DNA from: a virus
Taxonomy: Duplodnaviria > Caudoviricetes
Reading direction: 5' to 3' (one strand)
IMG/VR virus record: IMGVR_UViG_3300039106_000341
Coordinates: 1 to 34,198 of that record
DNA length: 34,198 nt
Part shown: piece after piece, positions 1 to 9,121 of the stretch
Layout of the letters: the number at the start of each line of letters is the position of its first letter
How positions within the stretch are numbered: position 1 is the stretch's first letter
Translations under genes and position numbers: made by a program
Notes under the pieces: model-generated
The model's input: only the letters and a program-made list of their open reading frames with translations
Told to the model about the DNA's origin: nothing
Database searches by the model: none

Positions 1-74
1 CGACCCCAACTTAAAGCTAGCCATAAAGTTTCCTATATGCCATAACAGGTAAATCCAGCAAATCATGCGAACTT

Positions 75-569
75 ATGAGGCCAACAGGCGGTAAAATCGT
101 GGGTAAATCCGAACTTTCGGGTATCTTGGGCGTAGGGCCAAAATCCATTGTGATTTGGCAAGGGGAAGGTCTGCCCTTCAAGATAGCGGAGAACGGGAAA
201 TCAAATGAATACAACACAGCGGAGGTAATTCGCTGGATGATTAAGCGTGAGCAAGCAGCAGCAGGGTCGTTTAACCTGAGCGACGAGCGGGCAAACTTGG
301 CTCGTGAGCAAGCGGAGAACGCACGGTTGAAGAACGAGGAGCGCAAAGGCAACCTGCTGCCGTTGGACTTGGTGGTTACGGCTGTGCAGAAGGCAGCAGT
401 GGCAATACGACAGAAGATCGTGAACTCGCCTTTGAGCGTGGATGACAAATCAAAGCTACTTGAGGAGATTCATGCGCTAGGCAGCATACGCATGGAGGAC
501 ATCAAGGACGCAGAATTTACGGATGACGAAGAAGACCCAATTACCGAAACCCCAACTCCCGCCAGTTGA
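75..569 (+). CDS. terS: Terminase small subunit (lambda Nu1-like)
   Basis: N-terminal HTH (KSELSGILGVGPKSIVIWQGEGLP...YNTAEVIRW), coiled coil ERANLAREQAENARLKNEERKGNLL, and overlap with the start of terL. Confidence 0.9.
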   Translation: MRPTGGKIVGKSELSGILGVGPKSIVIWQGEGLPFKIAENGKSNEYNTAEVIRWMIKREQAAAGSFNLSDERANLAREQAENARLKNEERKGNLLPLDLVVTAVQKAAVAIRQKIVNSPLSVDDKSKLLEEIHALGSIRMEDIKDAEFTDDEEDPITETPTPAS

Positions 570-2544
570 GCGGTTGTGGCGGGCGATCTTTGATGCTATC
601 CCGCCATTACCAAAACAAAGACCGAGTGAGTGGGCTAACCAGTACCGTGTGTTGTCGCGTGATGCCGCAGCGGAGTCTGGCAAGTTCAAGTGCTTGCCGT
701 ACCAGAAGGAACTGATGGATGCACCGTTGGAGCCTGATGTATCCGAGACGGTGATGATGCTTGCAGCACAAACTGGTAAGAGTGAAACACTTAACTGTCT
801 TATTGGTTTCTTTACGCACGCTGACCCATCACCTATGTTGTTGGTGCAGCCTACGGTTGAGTTGTACGAGGCATACTCCAAAGAACGTATTGCTCCGATG
901 ATTCGTGATACGCCTGTGTTGCGGAAGCTGGTGAAGGATGCCAGAAGCCGCAATAGCGGCAATACAACCGCTTTTAAGCAGTTCCCCGGTGGAAGCCTAG
1001 CCATGACAGGGGCAAACGCTCCTGCTGGCCTTGCAGGGCGTCCTAGACGTGTTGTGATGCAAGACGAGATTGACCGTTACCCAGCAAGTGCAGGTAGCGA
1101 AGGCGACCCTTGTGCGTTGGCTGACAAGCGTGCTGAGAGTTTCCCAAATGCGGTAAAGGTGAAAACCAGCACGCCTACGGTCAAAGGCATCAGCAAAATC
1201 GAGAAACTGTACGACAATTCGGACAAACGGCATTGGATGGTAAAATGCCCAAGGTGTGAGTTTGAGCACACCTTGTTGTGGAGTCAGGTAAAGTGGCCTG
1301 AGAATGAGCCAGACAAAGCGTATTTGGAGTGCCCAGCTTGCAAAGCCCACCTGAACGACGCTGACCGCATTGGCATGATTAAGAAAGGACGTTGGGTGGC
1401 TACACGTCCGTTCAATGGTGTGCGTGGGTATTGGCTGAACGGCATGAATACGTTGTTCAGGCAGCACAAGGGCTACAAGAACCGCTTGCACGAGTTTGCG
1501 ATGGAGTTCTTGAAAGCCAAAGATGGTGGTGGTCAAACCATGCGGGTTTGGATAAACACCTTCCTTGCAGAAACATTTGAAGAAGATGCTACCAAAATTG
1601 ACGCTAAATCACTGGAAGACCGTGGGGAAGAATACACACCCGACACAATTCCAGAAGGAGTGCTTACGCTTGTGGCAGCAGCAGACGTACAAAGAAACCG
1701 CATTGAGTGCGAAGTTAAAGGTTTCGGCAAAGATGAAGAATCGTGGGGCATCAAACGTGTCGTGCTTGATGGCGACACTGAATTAGACGACGTTTGGAAC
1801 CGATTAGATTTACTGTTGTTGGAAGACTTTACTCGTGAGGATGGCGTACCGATGAAGATACAGCGTGCCTTCATTGACATGGGGTACAAAGACAAGCGGG
1901 TGTTGTCATTCTGCGCTCCTCGCATTGGTCGTGGTGTGTATCCGTGCAAGGGTATCAATCGTGTTGGCACAAACATCCCGCCCATCTTGCCAGCAAAGCC
2001 CAGCCGCAACAACCGAGCACGCATACCGCATTGGAATGTTGGCGTTACTGTTACCAAATCGACGTTGCATGACCGCATCGCATTGCCAACACCGGGGGCA
2101 CGCTCAATGCACTTTGCATCACCTGAATACGGCTACGATGCCGATTATTTTGCACAGTTCGCATCTGAGAAACGGTTTCTGAAGTATAGCTACGGTCAGC
2201 CGTACTACATTTTTGAAAAGGAGAACAACAGTGTACGCAACGAAGCATTGGACTTGAACGTGTACGCAGTTGCAGCGGTGCATAGCTTGTTTCCTATCGC
2301 ATGGCAGCGTTTGGCTGATAACTTAAAGAAACAGGTGCCTCGTGAGTACGTCCCGCCCAAACATACGGTTGAGGAAGTGAAACAGCTTAAAAACGAAGGA
2401 AACCACCCTATTGAGCCATTGCAGCCACCTGTTCAAACTCCTGAACAACCCAAGCCAGACTCACCAGCAGTTGCACGTAGCCAACAGGCACGAGCAACCC
2501 GCAGAATAGGGCGAGGTGGGTTTGTTGGTCGTTGGCGTATGTAA
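523..2544 (+). CDS. terL: Terminase large subunit, lambda gpA family
   Basis: PSEWA..YR motif, Walker A AAQTGKSE, Walker B VVMQDEIDRY, STPT, CPRC/CPAC zinc motif, nuclease motifs AADVQ, FIDMG and RNEALDLNVYA. Confidence 0.97.
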   Translation: MTKKTQLPKPQLPPVERLWRAIFDAIPPLPKQRPSEWANQYRVLSRDAAAESGKFKCLPYQKELMDAPLEPDVSETVMMLAAQTGKSETLNCLIGFFTHADPSPMLLVQPTVELYEAYSKERIAPMIRDTPVLRKLVKDARSRNSGNTTAFKQFPGGSLAMTGANAPAGLAGRPRRVVMQDEIDRYPASAGSEGDPCALADKRAESFPNAVKVKTSTPTVKGISKIEKLYDNSDKRHWMVKCPRCEFEHTLLWSQVKWPENEPDKAYLECPACKAHLNDADRIGMIKKGRWVATRPFNGVRGYWLNGMNTLFRQHKGYKNRLHEFAMEFLKAKDGGGQTMRVWINTFLAETFEEDATKIDAKSLEDRGEEYTPDTIPEGVLTLVAAADVQRNRIECEVKGFGKDEESWGIKRVVLDGDTELDDVWNRLDLLLLEDFTREDGVPMKIQRAFIDMGYKDKRVLSFCAPRIGRGVYPCKGINRVGTNIPPILPAKPSRNNRARIPHWNVGVTVTKSTLHDRIALPTPGARSMHFASPEYGYDADYFAQFASEKRFLKYSYGQPYYIFEKENNSVRNEALDLNVYAVAAVHSLFPIAWQRLADNLKKQVPREYVPPKHTVEEVKQLKNEGNHPIEPLQPPVQTPEQPKPDSPAVARSQQARATRRIGRGGFVGRWRM

Positions 2545-2554
2545 TCTATCTTGA
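2542..2554 (+). promoter_or_regulatory. Repeated intergenic motif TAATCTATCTTGA, copy 1 (putative late promoter element)
   Basis: An identical 13-mer occurs at 4854-4866. Both copies sit ahead of structural genes and end in a TTGA -35-like sequence. Confidence 0.5.
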
Positions 2555-2594
2555 TTTCCCCATAAGATTACAGAATATGCAGTGAAATACCACC

Positions 2595-3221
2595 TTGAGC
2601 GCAACAATCCCAACTCTATTACGCGAACCACAGACGATTGCAGCAGGCGATAATGTCTCGTGGATTCGTCAGATTGACGACTATCCAGCAACCATCTGGA
2701 CGCTGCATTATGTCATCCGTTCTACAAAAAACATTTACAAGTTTGATGCTGTGCAAGCATCGGCTAGTGACGTGTTATTTCAGGTTACGCTTACAACTGC
2801 TACTACTGCTACATGGGAACCTGCTTTATATTCCATCGGGGCGTATGTCACGAGCGGCACTCAGCAGTTTCAGATTCATACTTTCTTTCAGCAGCTAGAG
2901 GTTACAGCCAACCTTGCAGCAACTCCTAATGGTTCAGACCCTCGCTCGTTTGCCAGCAAGATGTTGGTCGAGATTGAAACGACCATTGCAAAACTTACCT
3001 CCAAGAGTGTCACCACTGCACAAGTAAACGGTCAGGCTTACACTCTGGCAAATCTCTCTGAACTTTGGAAAATGCGTGAACGCTTCGCATCTGAAGTTCG
3101 TCGTGAAGAAGCTAAGGCTCGCTTGAACGCTGGTCTTGGTGGCTCCAACAAAATTGGTATTCGTTTCCGTCCGCTCAACATCCGTGCCTACCCTTGGCAG
3201 CAACGTGTACCGTGGCAGTAA
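2595..3221 (+). CDS. Head-tail adaptor / head completion protein (gpW-like C-terminus)
   Basis: Lies between terL and portal. The C-terminal VTTAQVNGQAYTLANLSELWKMRERF resembles gpW. TTG start. Confidence 0.7.
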   Translation: MSATIPTLLREPQTIAAGDNVSWIRQIDDYPATIWTLHYVIRSTKNIYKFDAVQASASDVLFQVTLTTATTATWEPALYSIGAYVTSGTQQFQIHTFFQQLEVTANLAATPNGSDPRSFASKMLVEIETTIAKLTSKSVTTAQVNGQAYTLANLSELWKMRERFASEVRREEAKARLNAGLGGSNKIGIRFRPLNIRAYPWQQRVPWQ

Positions 3222-3232
3222 CCTCTTGAACT

Positions 3233-4846
3233 ATGGCTTCCAACATTCCTTTTCTTCAGCGTATTACGGCTGGACTGAAAGCAGGTAAAAATGCTTTTAG
3301 CGGACAACAAAAACCGATGCACAAGATCATCGGTAAACGCTCTTATGCTGGTGCTGAATGGAACCGTCTTACTGAAGACTTCTTAGCACCCCTCACCACT
3401 GGTGACGCAGAATTAAAGACACGCCTACGCACCTTACGAGGTCGTGCCCGTGAGCTGGAAAGAAATGAACCCTACACCCGCCGATTCCTCTCTCGGCTGG
3501 AAGACAACATTTACGACCACCACGGTATAATTTTCAATTCCTTGGCTGGTGAATGGCGCATGAATGCCTTGAAGAAATTGGAGTTCCAAGTGGATTCCAA
3601 CGACGCAAAGGTAATTGAAAACGCTTACATGGAGTGGAAGAAGAACCCGTTTGTTACGGGTGACATGACGCTCAACGAAGGTGGTCGTCTTGCGCTACGT
3701 TCTACTGCTCGTGACGGTGATACTCTTGTGAAGTGGGTTGTTGACCCAAACATTAACAAATTCGGTTTTGCCCTTCAGCTATTTGAAGGCGACATCATTG
3801 ATGACTACCGTAACGAACTGACTCGTCAGCCCGGTGGTCAGGTCGATGTTCAAGTGCGTATGGGCGTCGAGGTAGATCGTTACTTCAAATCTACGGCTTA
3901 CTACATCCTCAAAGAATACCCCGGCGATCAACAATGGTGGCACGCAGAGGGTTATTGGTCTGAACGCATGGATGCCTCTGGCTTCCTCCATCCTTTCCGT
4001 CGCACCCGTATCACACAAGTTCGTGATACAACTTGGCTGTGCGGTATCATGCGCGATTTGAAGATGCTCGATGGTTACGATGAAGCAGCCATTGTTGCAG
4101 CCCGTACTGGTGCAGCCAAGATGGGTTTTATCACTCGTGCCTACAACGACCCCGGCCCAGCTTACGAAGGTCAGGAAATCAACGAAGGCGACAAGAGCAT
4201 GGATGCCGAACCCGGCTTGATTGAAGATTTGAGCCAGACCCCCGGCTTGGACTTTAAGACCTACGACCCAGCCTACCCCCATGAACAGTATGGTGAGTTC
4301 GTCAAAACTCGCCTACGTCGAATTGGCGCAGGTTTGGACATGAGCTACTACGCCATCGCCAACGATCTTACTGAAGTAAACTTCAGTTCTATCCGTGCTG
4401 GTTTGCTTGAAGACCGTGAACACTTCAAAGCCCTACAAACGTGGTGGATTGATAAGTTTGAAGCCCCCGTGTTCTTAAAATGGCTGGAAATCGGATTACT
4501 CAATGGAACCATCAAAGACCCCTACACTGGCAAAGCCCTCCCATTTACCAAGCTCGCCAAATTCAAAAACCACAAGTTCCGTCCCCGTCGTTGGTCGTGG
4601 GTTGACCCACAAAAGGACGTTGCTGCTTCTGTCGAAGCTATCAACAATCGTATCAAGTCTCGTACCTCTGTGGTTGAAGAAACCAGCCAAGAGACGTTTG
4701 AAGACATCATGCAGGAACAAGCTATGGAGCAAAAGCTCGCTGACCAAGCGGGCGTTATTCTGCCTGACCCTAATCCTAACTTCCCCTCGCCAAGACCCGG
4801 TGAAGACAAAGCCTCTACAAAGAAAACCAAAGAGGAAGACAAGTAA
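3233..4846 (+). CDS. Portal protein, lambda family
   Basis: Motifs LRGRARELERN, RDGD, VRMGVEVD, IANDLTEVNFSSIRAGLLE and WSWVDPQKD. Confidence 0.96.
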   Translation: MASNIPFLQRITAGLKAGKNAFSGQQKPMHKIIGKRSYAGAEWNRLTEDFLAPLTTGDAELKTRLRTLRGRARELERNEPYTRRFLSRLEDNIYDHHGIIFNSLAGEWRMNALKKLEFQVDSNDAKVIENAYMEWKKNPFVTGDMTLNEGGRLALRSTARDGDTLVKWVVDPNINKFGFALQLFEGDIIDDYRNELTRQPGGQVDVQVRMGVEVDRYFKSTAYYILKEYPGDQQWWHAEGYWSERMDASGFLHPFRRTRITQVRDTTWLCGIMRDLKMLDGYDEAAIVAARTGAAKMGFITRAYNDPGPAYEGQEINEGDKSMDAEPGLIEDLSQTPGLDFKTYDPAYPHEQYGEFVKTRLRRIGAGLDMSYYAIANDLTEVNFSSIRAGLLEDREHFKALQTWWIDKFEAPVFLKWLEIGLLNGTIKDPYTGKALPFTKLAKFKNHKFRPRRWSWVDPQKDVAASVEAINNRIKSRTSVVEETSQETFEDIMQEQAMEQKLADQAGVILPDPNPNFPSPRPGEDKASTKKTKEEDK

Positions 4847-4853
4847 GCCTATA

Positions 4854-4866
4854 TAATCTATCTTGA
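4854..4866 (+). promoter_or_regulatory. Repeated intergenic motif TAATCTATCTTGA, copy 2, upstream of the capsid gene
   Basis: Identical to 2542-2554 and continues as TTGACC. Confidence 0.5.
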
Positions 4867-4912
4867 CCGTGTATCAAAAAATACGGAAACAATACTTAAC
4901 AAATTACCCTAT

Positions 4913-6838
4913 ATGGATAAAAAACCAATTGATCTAAGCGACAGTCGCTTAAAAGCCATGTCCCGCGAGTTCAATGTTGAACGTGGGTCTATGGATGCCG
5001 ACAAGCGCACCGTTGAGCTATCGTTTGCTTCTGAAGCTCCGGTTGAACGCTTCTTTGGTAATGAAATCTTGGAGTGTACCGATAAGGCGTGCGACCTCTC
5101 GCGTCTTCGTCAACAAGCTCCTCTCCTCCTTAACCACGACCCTGAAGACCAGATCGGCGTCGTGGAAAGCTGCCAAATCAAAGGCGGCAAAGCTCGTGCG
5201 GTTGTCCGGTTCTCAAAGAATCGCTCCAAGCATGGCTTAGACATTTTTCAGGACGTGCAAGACGGTATCCGTAGCTTGGTCAGCGTAGGTTACCGTGTGA
5301 AGAATATGGTACTCGCGGAGAAAAACACCGATGCTGGGGACAGCTACCGTGTGGACTCGTGGGAACCGTATGAAATTAGCCTCGTCAGCATCCCAGCCGA
5401 CGCTTCCGTTGGCGTGGGTCGTTCCCAACCACAACCTTTAGAGAAACCAAAAACTAATATGTCCGCTGAAAATACTCCTGCTGCTCCAGCCGTTACGGTT
5501 GCCGAGCGTGCTCCTGCTCCCTCCAACGCCAACGTCACCCGCAAGGATGAAGTTGCCAATATCCGCGCTATCGGTGAGAACTTCAAAGTCTCCTCCGAGC
5601 GTGTTATGGACGCCATCGTGAATGGCGAATCCCTCGATAGCTTCCGCAAATTCGTCGTGGAAGATCACCTCAAGGCTACCGCTGTCAGCCAGCCCGCTGT
5701 CATCGGCATGAACAAGAAAGAAAAGCGTCGGTACAGCCTGACCCGCGCTATCAACCTTCTCTCCCAAAACCGTCCTCTCGATGGTCTGGAAAAAGAAGCC
5801 TCTGACGCTGCTTCCAAGCAATACCGTCGTGAAGCCCATGCTGGCGGTTTCATCATGCCGCATGACATGGCTGAATACGCTGACCCTGAGATGACGGCAG
5901 CGATGCTTCGCGTTTCGCCTAGCCTCGCCAACAGCCGTTACGGTCAAAACCTCCAACGTCAGCTCCAAACCAACAACTTCTCCCAAGCGGGTGCTCTTGT
6001 TGCGACGGACTTCCTTGGTGGTTCCTTCATCGAGCTGCTTCGTAACCGCACCCTCCTCACCCAACTCGGCGTTGGTACGATGAGCGGTCTGGTTGGCAAC
6101 ATCGCCATCCCACGTCAGTCCGGTGCGGCTACCGCTTACTGGCTGGCTGAAGGTGACGCTGTTACCGACACCAAGCAGTCGTTTGCACAGCTCGCGGCTA
6201 CTCCTCGCCGTCTTGCTGCTCGCACGGCTTACAGCAAGCAATTGCTGGCCCAGTCCTCCCTCGATGCGGAAGCCCTTGTGCGTGACGACCATGTTCGCAT
6301 TATCGCTATCGCTAAAGATTTGGCTGGTATCCAAGGCACGGGCGGTTCGCAGCCTATGGGCATCCTCAACGGGCCTACCACCGATTCTACGGGCGGCGGC
6401 AACAACATCACCAGCGTCACTTTCGGCACCGCTCCTACTTGGGCGAACGTCGTTAAGTTTGAACAGCAGATTCAGTCTGCGAACGCTGACCTCGGCACGA
6501 TGCAATGGCTCACGAACCCAACGGTTCGCGCCAAGTGGAAAACCACCGTCAAAGTTCCGAATTACCCAGTGTTCCTCTCGGGTGATGACAACATGACCAA
6601 CGGTTATCCCGTCAACATCACGAACCAAATCGCTACCACTGGCAGCAACGCCAACAAAGCGATCTTCGGTGCGTGGGGTCAGGCTATGTTCTTCGACTGG
6701 GCTGGTTACGATGTCGTCGTTGACCCATACACCCAAGCGGCGAACAACCAAGTTGTCGTTACCGTCAACTTGTTCACCGATTTCGGTGTCCGTCACTGGC
6801 CTTCGTTCTGTGTTTCCACGGATTCGGCTGCTCAGTAA
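4913..6838 (+). CDS. Prohead protease fused to HK97-fold major capsid protein
   Basis: N-terminal protease motifs (FASEAPVER, LLLNHD, VSVGY, WEPYEISLVSIPADASVGVGRS). C-terminal capsid motifs (LVATD...FIELLRN, AYWLAEG, PMGILN, FGAW, VDPYT, DFGVRH). Confidence 0.95.
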   Translation: MDKKPIDLSDSRLKAMSREFNVERGSMDADKRTVELSFASEAPVERFFGNEILECTDKACDLSRLRQQAPLLLNHDPEDQIGVVESCQIKGGKARAVVRFSKNRSKHGLDIFQDVQDGIRSLVSVGYRVKNMVLAEKNTDAGDSYRVDSWEPYEISLVSIPADASVGVGRSQPQPLEKPKTNMSAENTPAAPAVTVAERAPAPSNANVTRKDEVANIRAIGENFKVSSERVMDAIVNGESLDSFRKFVVEDHLKATAVSQPAVIGMNKKEKRRYSLTRAINLLSQNRPLDGLEKEASDAASKQYRREAHAGGFIMPHDMAEYADPEMTAAMLRVSPSLANSRYGQNLQRQLQTNNFSQAGALVATDFLGGSFIELLRNRTLLTQLGVGTMSGLVGNIAIPRQSGAATAYWLAEGDAVTDTKQSFAQLAATPRRLAARTAYSKQLLAQSSLDAEALVRDDHVRIIAIAKDLAGIQGTGGSQPMGILNGPTTDSTGGGNNITSVTFGTAPTWANVVKFEQQIQSANADLGTMQWLTNPTVRAKWKTTVKVPNYPVFLSGDDNMTNGYPVNITNQIATTGSNANKAIFGAWGQAMFFDWAGYDVVVDPYTQAANNQVVVTVNLFTDFGVRHWPSFCVSTDSAAQ

Positions 6839-6877
6839 TCCGAACCTATCAACCCTTAATTAAAGGAATAAATTACC

Positions 6878-7258
6878 ATGATCTACGATCTCCCTAATTA
6901 CGTCACTCCAATCGCTGCCCTCCCTGTGGCAGCGGTTGCCGCAACCGCCAACGGCACGCCATACGATATGAACGGTTATATCGGTAACGTGCTGTTCCGT
7001 GTGGACGCTGGCAACGCTACGGCTGGCACCAACCCCACCCTTGACCTCGTGTTCAAGCAATCGTCGGACAACTCCAATTGGAGCAATGCCAATGTTGCCT
7101 TCACGCAGATCACGGGTGCTACCTCGCAGGTTGTCTCTGTGGACACCCGCGAAGTTTACCGCTATGGCCGCATTGACCGTGTTATCGGTGGCACGAACTC
7201 GCCTTCGTTCCCCGTTAGCGTTGTTGGTTTCAGCCAGAAACAATACACCCAAGCCTAA
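6878..7258 (+). CDS. Putative head decoration/cement protein
   Basis: Small beta-rich protein directly after the capsid gene, with the same biased codon usage, an upstream AAGGA and a downstream terminator. Confidence 0.6.
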   Translation: MIYDLPNYVTPIAALPVAAVAATANGTPYDMNGYIGNVLFRVDAGNATAGTNPTLDLVFKQSSDNSNWSNANVAFTQITGATSQVVSVDTREVYRYGRIDRVIGGTNSPSFPVSVVGFSQKQYTQA

Positions 7259-7283
7259 TTTCCCTTAGGTCTGTTTTAATAGT

Positions 7284-7325
7284 AAGAACCCCATCCGTTA
7301 ATTCGGGTGGGGTTTTTGCTTTTGT
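7284..7325 (+). terminator. Rho-independent terminator after the capsid/decoration genes
   Basis: Stem AACCCCATCCG / CGGGTGGGGTT with a TTAATT loop, followed by a T-rich tail. Confidence 0.85.
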
Positions 7326-7378
7326 TGGGTTTATGCTTGCAGGTAGTTGTTGGGTTATTCATCGGTTATTTATCCCGC

Positions 7379-7501
7379 ATGAAAAAGAAGAAACCTGTGC
7401 CGTCTCGCTTTGCCAAAGCTGGCAGTGTGAAATCACGCGCCAAAACAGCAGCAGCCCGTAGAAACGGACTGTTGGGTGGTCGTCCTCCTAAGTGGAAATA
7501 A
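7379..7501 (+). CDS. Small basic peptide (40 aa) with AAARRNG..GGRP motif, possibly DNA-binding
   Basis: ATG at 7379 gives MKKKKPVPSRFAKAGSVKSRAKTAAARRNGLLGGRPPKWK. The longer track ORF would start inside the terminator. Confidence 0.65.
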   Translation: MKKKKPVPSRFAKAGSVKSRAKTAAARRNGLLGGRPPKWK

Positions 7502-7505
7502 TTCT

Positions 7506-8063
7506 ATGAATCAAGACCTAGAAAAAGATTACCAAGAACGTATGGCTTGTCGTAACGGTACGCACAAAGACATCAACGAACACCTTAGCACATTGTCAGG
7601 CTATGCCTATCTGTGCGGTTCTATCGTGGAATTTGGCACTAGGACTGGTAACAGTACCGTTGCCCTGTTACATGGCCTAGAATCGAACGGAGGAGGCATT
7701 CTACACAGCTTTGACATCAACGATACACCGTACACCCCACCTGAGAACCTGCGTACCACTTGGAAGTTCACCAAAGCTGACACCAAAACGCTTGAGGACA
7801 TTCCAATCTGCGACTTGTTGTTTATCGACACCCTGCACACGGCTGACCAAGTGCGGGCTGAATTGAAATTTGCTCACAGGGTAGATCACTTCATCTTTTT
7901 GCACGACACCGTTACCTTTGGTGACAATGGTGAGAACGGTCAGGCGGGTATTACTCGTGCGATTTACGAGTTTCTTGCCAACAACGACCAATGGCAGGTG
8001 ATGCGTCATTGGGACAACAACAATGGATTGTTGGGTCTTAGCCGAATTAACAAACGCACATGA
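7506..8063 (+). CDS. Class I SAM-dependent methyltransferase (Methyltransf_24-like)
   Basis: Motifs DINEHL, IVEFGTRTGNST, SFDI, DLLFIDTLHT, IFLHDT and NNNGL. ATG at 7506 is preferred as the start. Confidence 0.85.
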   Translation: MNQDLEKDYQERMACRNGTHKDINEHLSTLSGYAYLCGSIVEFGTRTGNSTVALLHGLESNGGGILHSFDINDTPYTPPENLRTTWKFTKADTKTLEDIPICDLLFIDTLHTADQVRAELKFAHRVDHFIFLHDTVTFGDNGENGQAGITRAIYEFLANNDQWQVMRHWDNNNGLLGLSRINKRT

Positions 8064-8389
8064 CCGACACGCCTCCATATTTGAATTATTCTGCTTTAGG
8101 CTGGGGTATTTACACTAGCCTACGCAAACCACCTGAAGGTTTTGATTGGGTGCAATCAGGCAATGATTGGTTGTACCTGCGAGACTACCACGGACGATTC
8201 TTCTACGTTAATTTTGAACAGAAAGATGCCTTGCTGCTGATACTTCGTAAAAAAGCGACCTTTTGGGATTGGATTTGCACACAGGGTGTTTTGAAGCCCG
8301 GTCAATATTTTGCCGATTACAACCTGACCTTTTATATCCCAAACAATTCTGATCGTAAGATTTTCCAGCCACACACAAAACAACCATGA
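8060..8389 (+). CDS. Hypothetical protein (aromatic-rich) within the modification cluster
   Basis: ATGA overlaps with both neighbours indicate translational coupling. Confidence 0.6.
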   Translation: MTDTPPYLNYSALGWGIYTSLRKPPEGFDWVQSGNDWLYLRDYHGRFFYVNFEQKDALLLILRKKATFWDWICTQGVLKPGQYFADYNLTFYIPNNSDRKIFQPHTKQP

Positions 8390-9117
8390 GTAACACCGCT
8401 ATCATCCTGTCAGGCCAAATGCGTACATTTGCACGCTGCTACCCATCGCAAAAATGGGCAGTGTATCGGAAGTTTGATAATCCGCATTTCTTCGTGTCAT
8501 GCGCCGATGACGAACAAGCCGAGTCAGCAGAATTGCTGAAGAAAGATTGGGCTAACGTGCACATTGAGAAAGTTACGCCACCTGAACTGACGTTGCCTGA
8601 CAAATCGTTCACAGAGCACGCACCGTACAGCATTACTCCGACAAAGACGCCGGGGGTATCACCGTTGCAAGGCATCATGCGCCAACTGTGGCACCTTAGT
8701 CGTGCATGGAAGTTTGCCAACGAACGCACGGGAGACTTGGAAGCATTTGATACGGTGATTCGCTGCCGTCCTGATCTGCATTTCCACAAGTTCAAATTTG
8801 ATGTGCCCGTGTATGAGGATGACGCATACACTCCTTGGTGGGGCACCTACGGTGGGGTTAATGACCGTTTTGCTGTGCTAGGTGTCAAAGCAGCCAAGGC
8901 TTATTTTGAAACCTACGAGAATGTCCCTGCTTTGCTTTTTGCTGGTTGCTCATTTCATCCTGAGAGTCTGGTAGCAGCATCGTTGGAGAAAGGTGGTTTC
9001 CACATTGAGGACAACCTTACCGCTGAATTTGGGATGTTCCGAATGAATGGTGAACTTCAACACATGGAAATCATCCCCGGTGAAATCGCTCGTTACTCTG
9101 GAACCTACGCTAAATAA
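8386..9117 (+). CDS. Putative glycosyltransferase-like protein
   Basis: Motif set AIILSGQMRTF, FDTVIRCRPDL, GGVNDRFAV and HPE is typical of phage/NCLDV sugar-modifying proteins. Confidence 0.65.
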   Translation: MSNTAIILSGQMRTFARCYPSQKWAVYRKFDNPHFFVSCADDEQAESAELLKKDWANVHIEKVTPPELTLPDKSFTEHAPYSITPTKTPGVSPLQGIMRQLWHLSRAWKFANERTGDLEAFDTVIRCRPDLHFHKFKFDVPVYEDDAYTPWWGTYGGVNDRFAVLGVKAAKAYFETYENVPALLFAGCSFHPESLVAASLEKGGFHIEDNLTAEFGMFRMNGELQHMEIIPGEIARYSGTYAK

Positions 9118-9121
9118 TTTT

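Noticed and set aside
1-74. cos packaging site upstream of terS
   Set aside because: It is expected near here for a gpA-type terminase, but no cosN symmetry or R-site repeats can be supported in the 74 nt available.
5438-6796. 452-aa antisense ORF opposite the capsid gene
   Set aside because: It is a shadow ORF caused by the strong codon bias of the capsid gene. It has no recognisable motifs.
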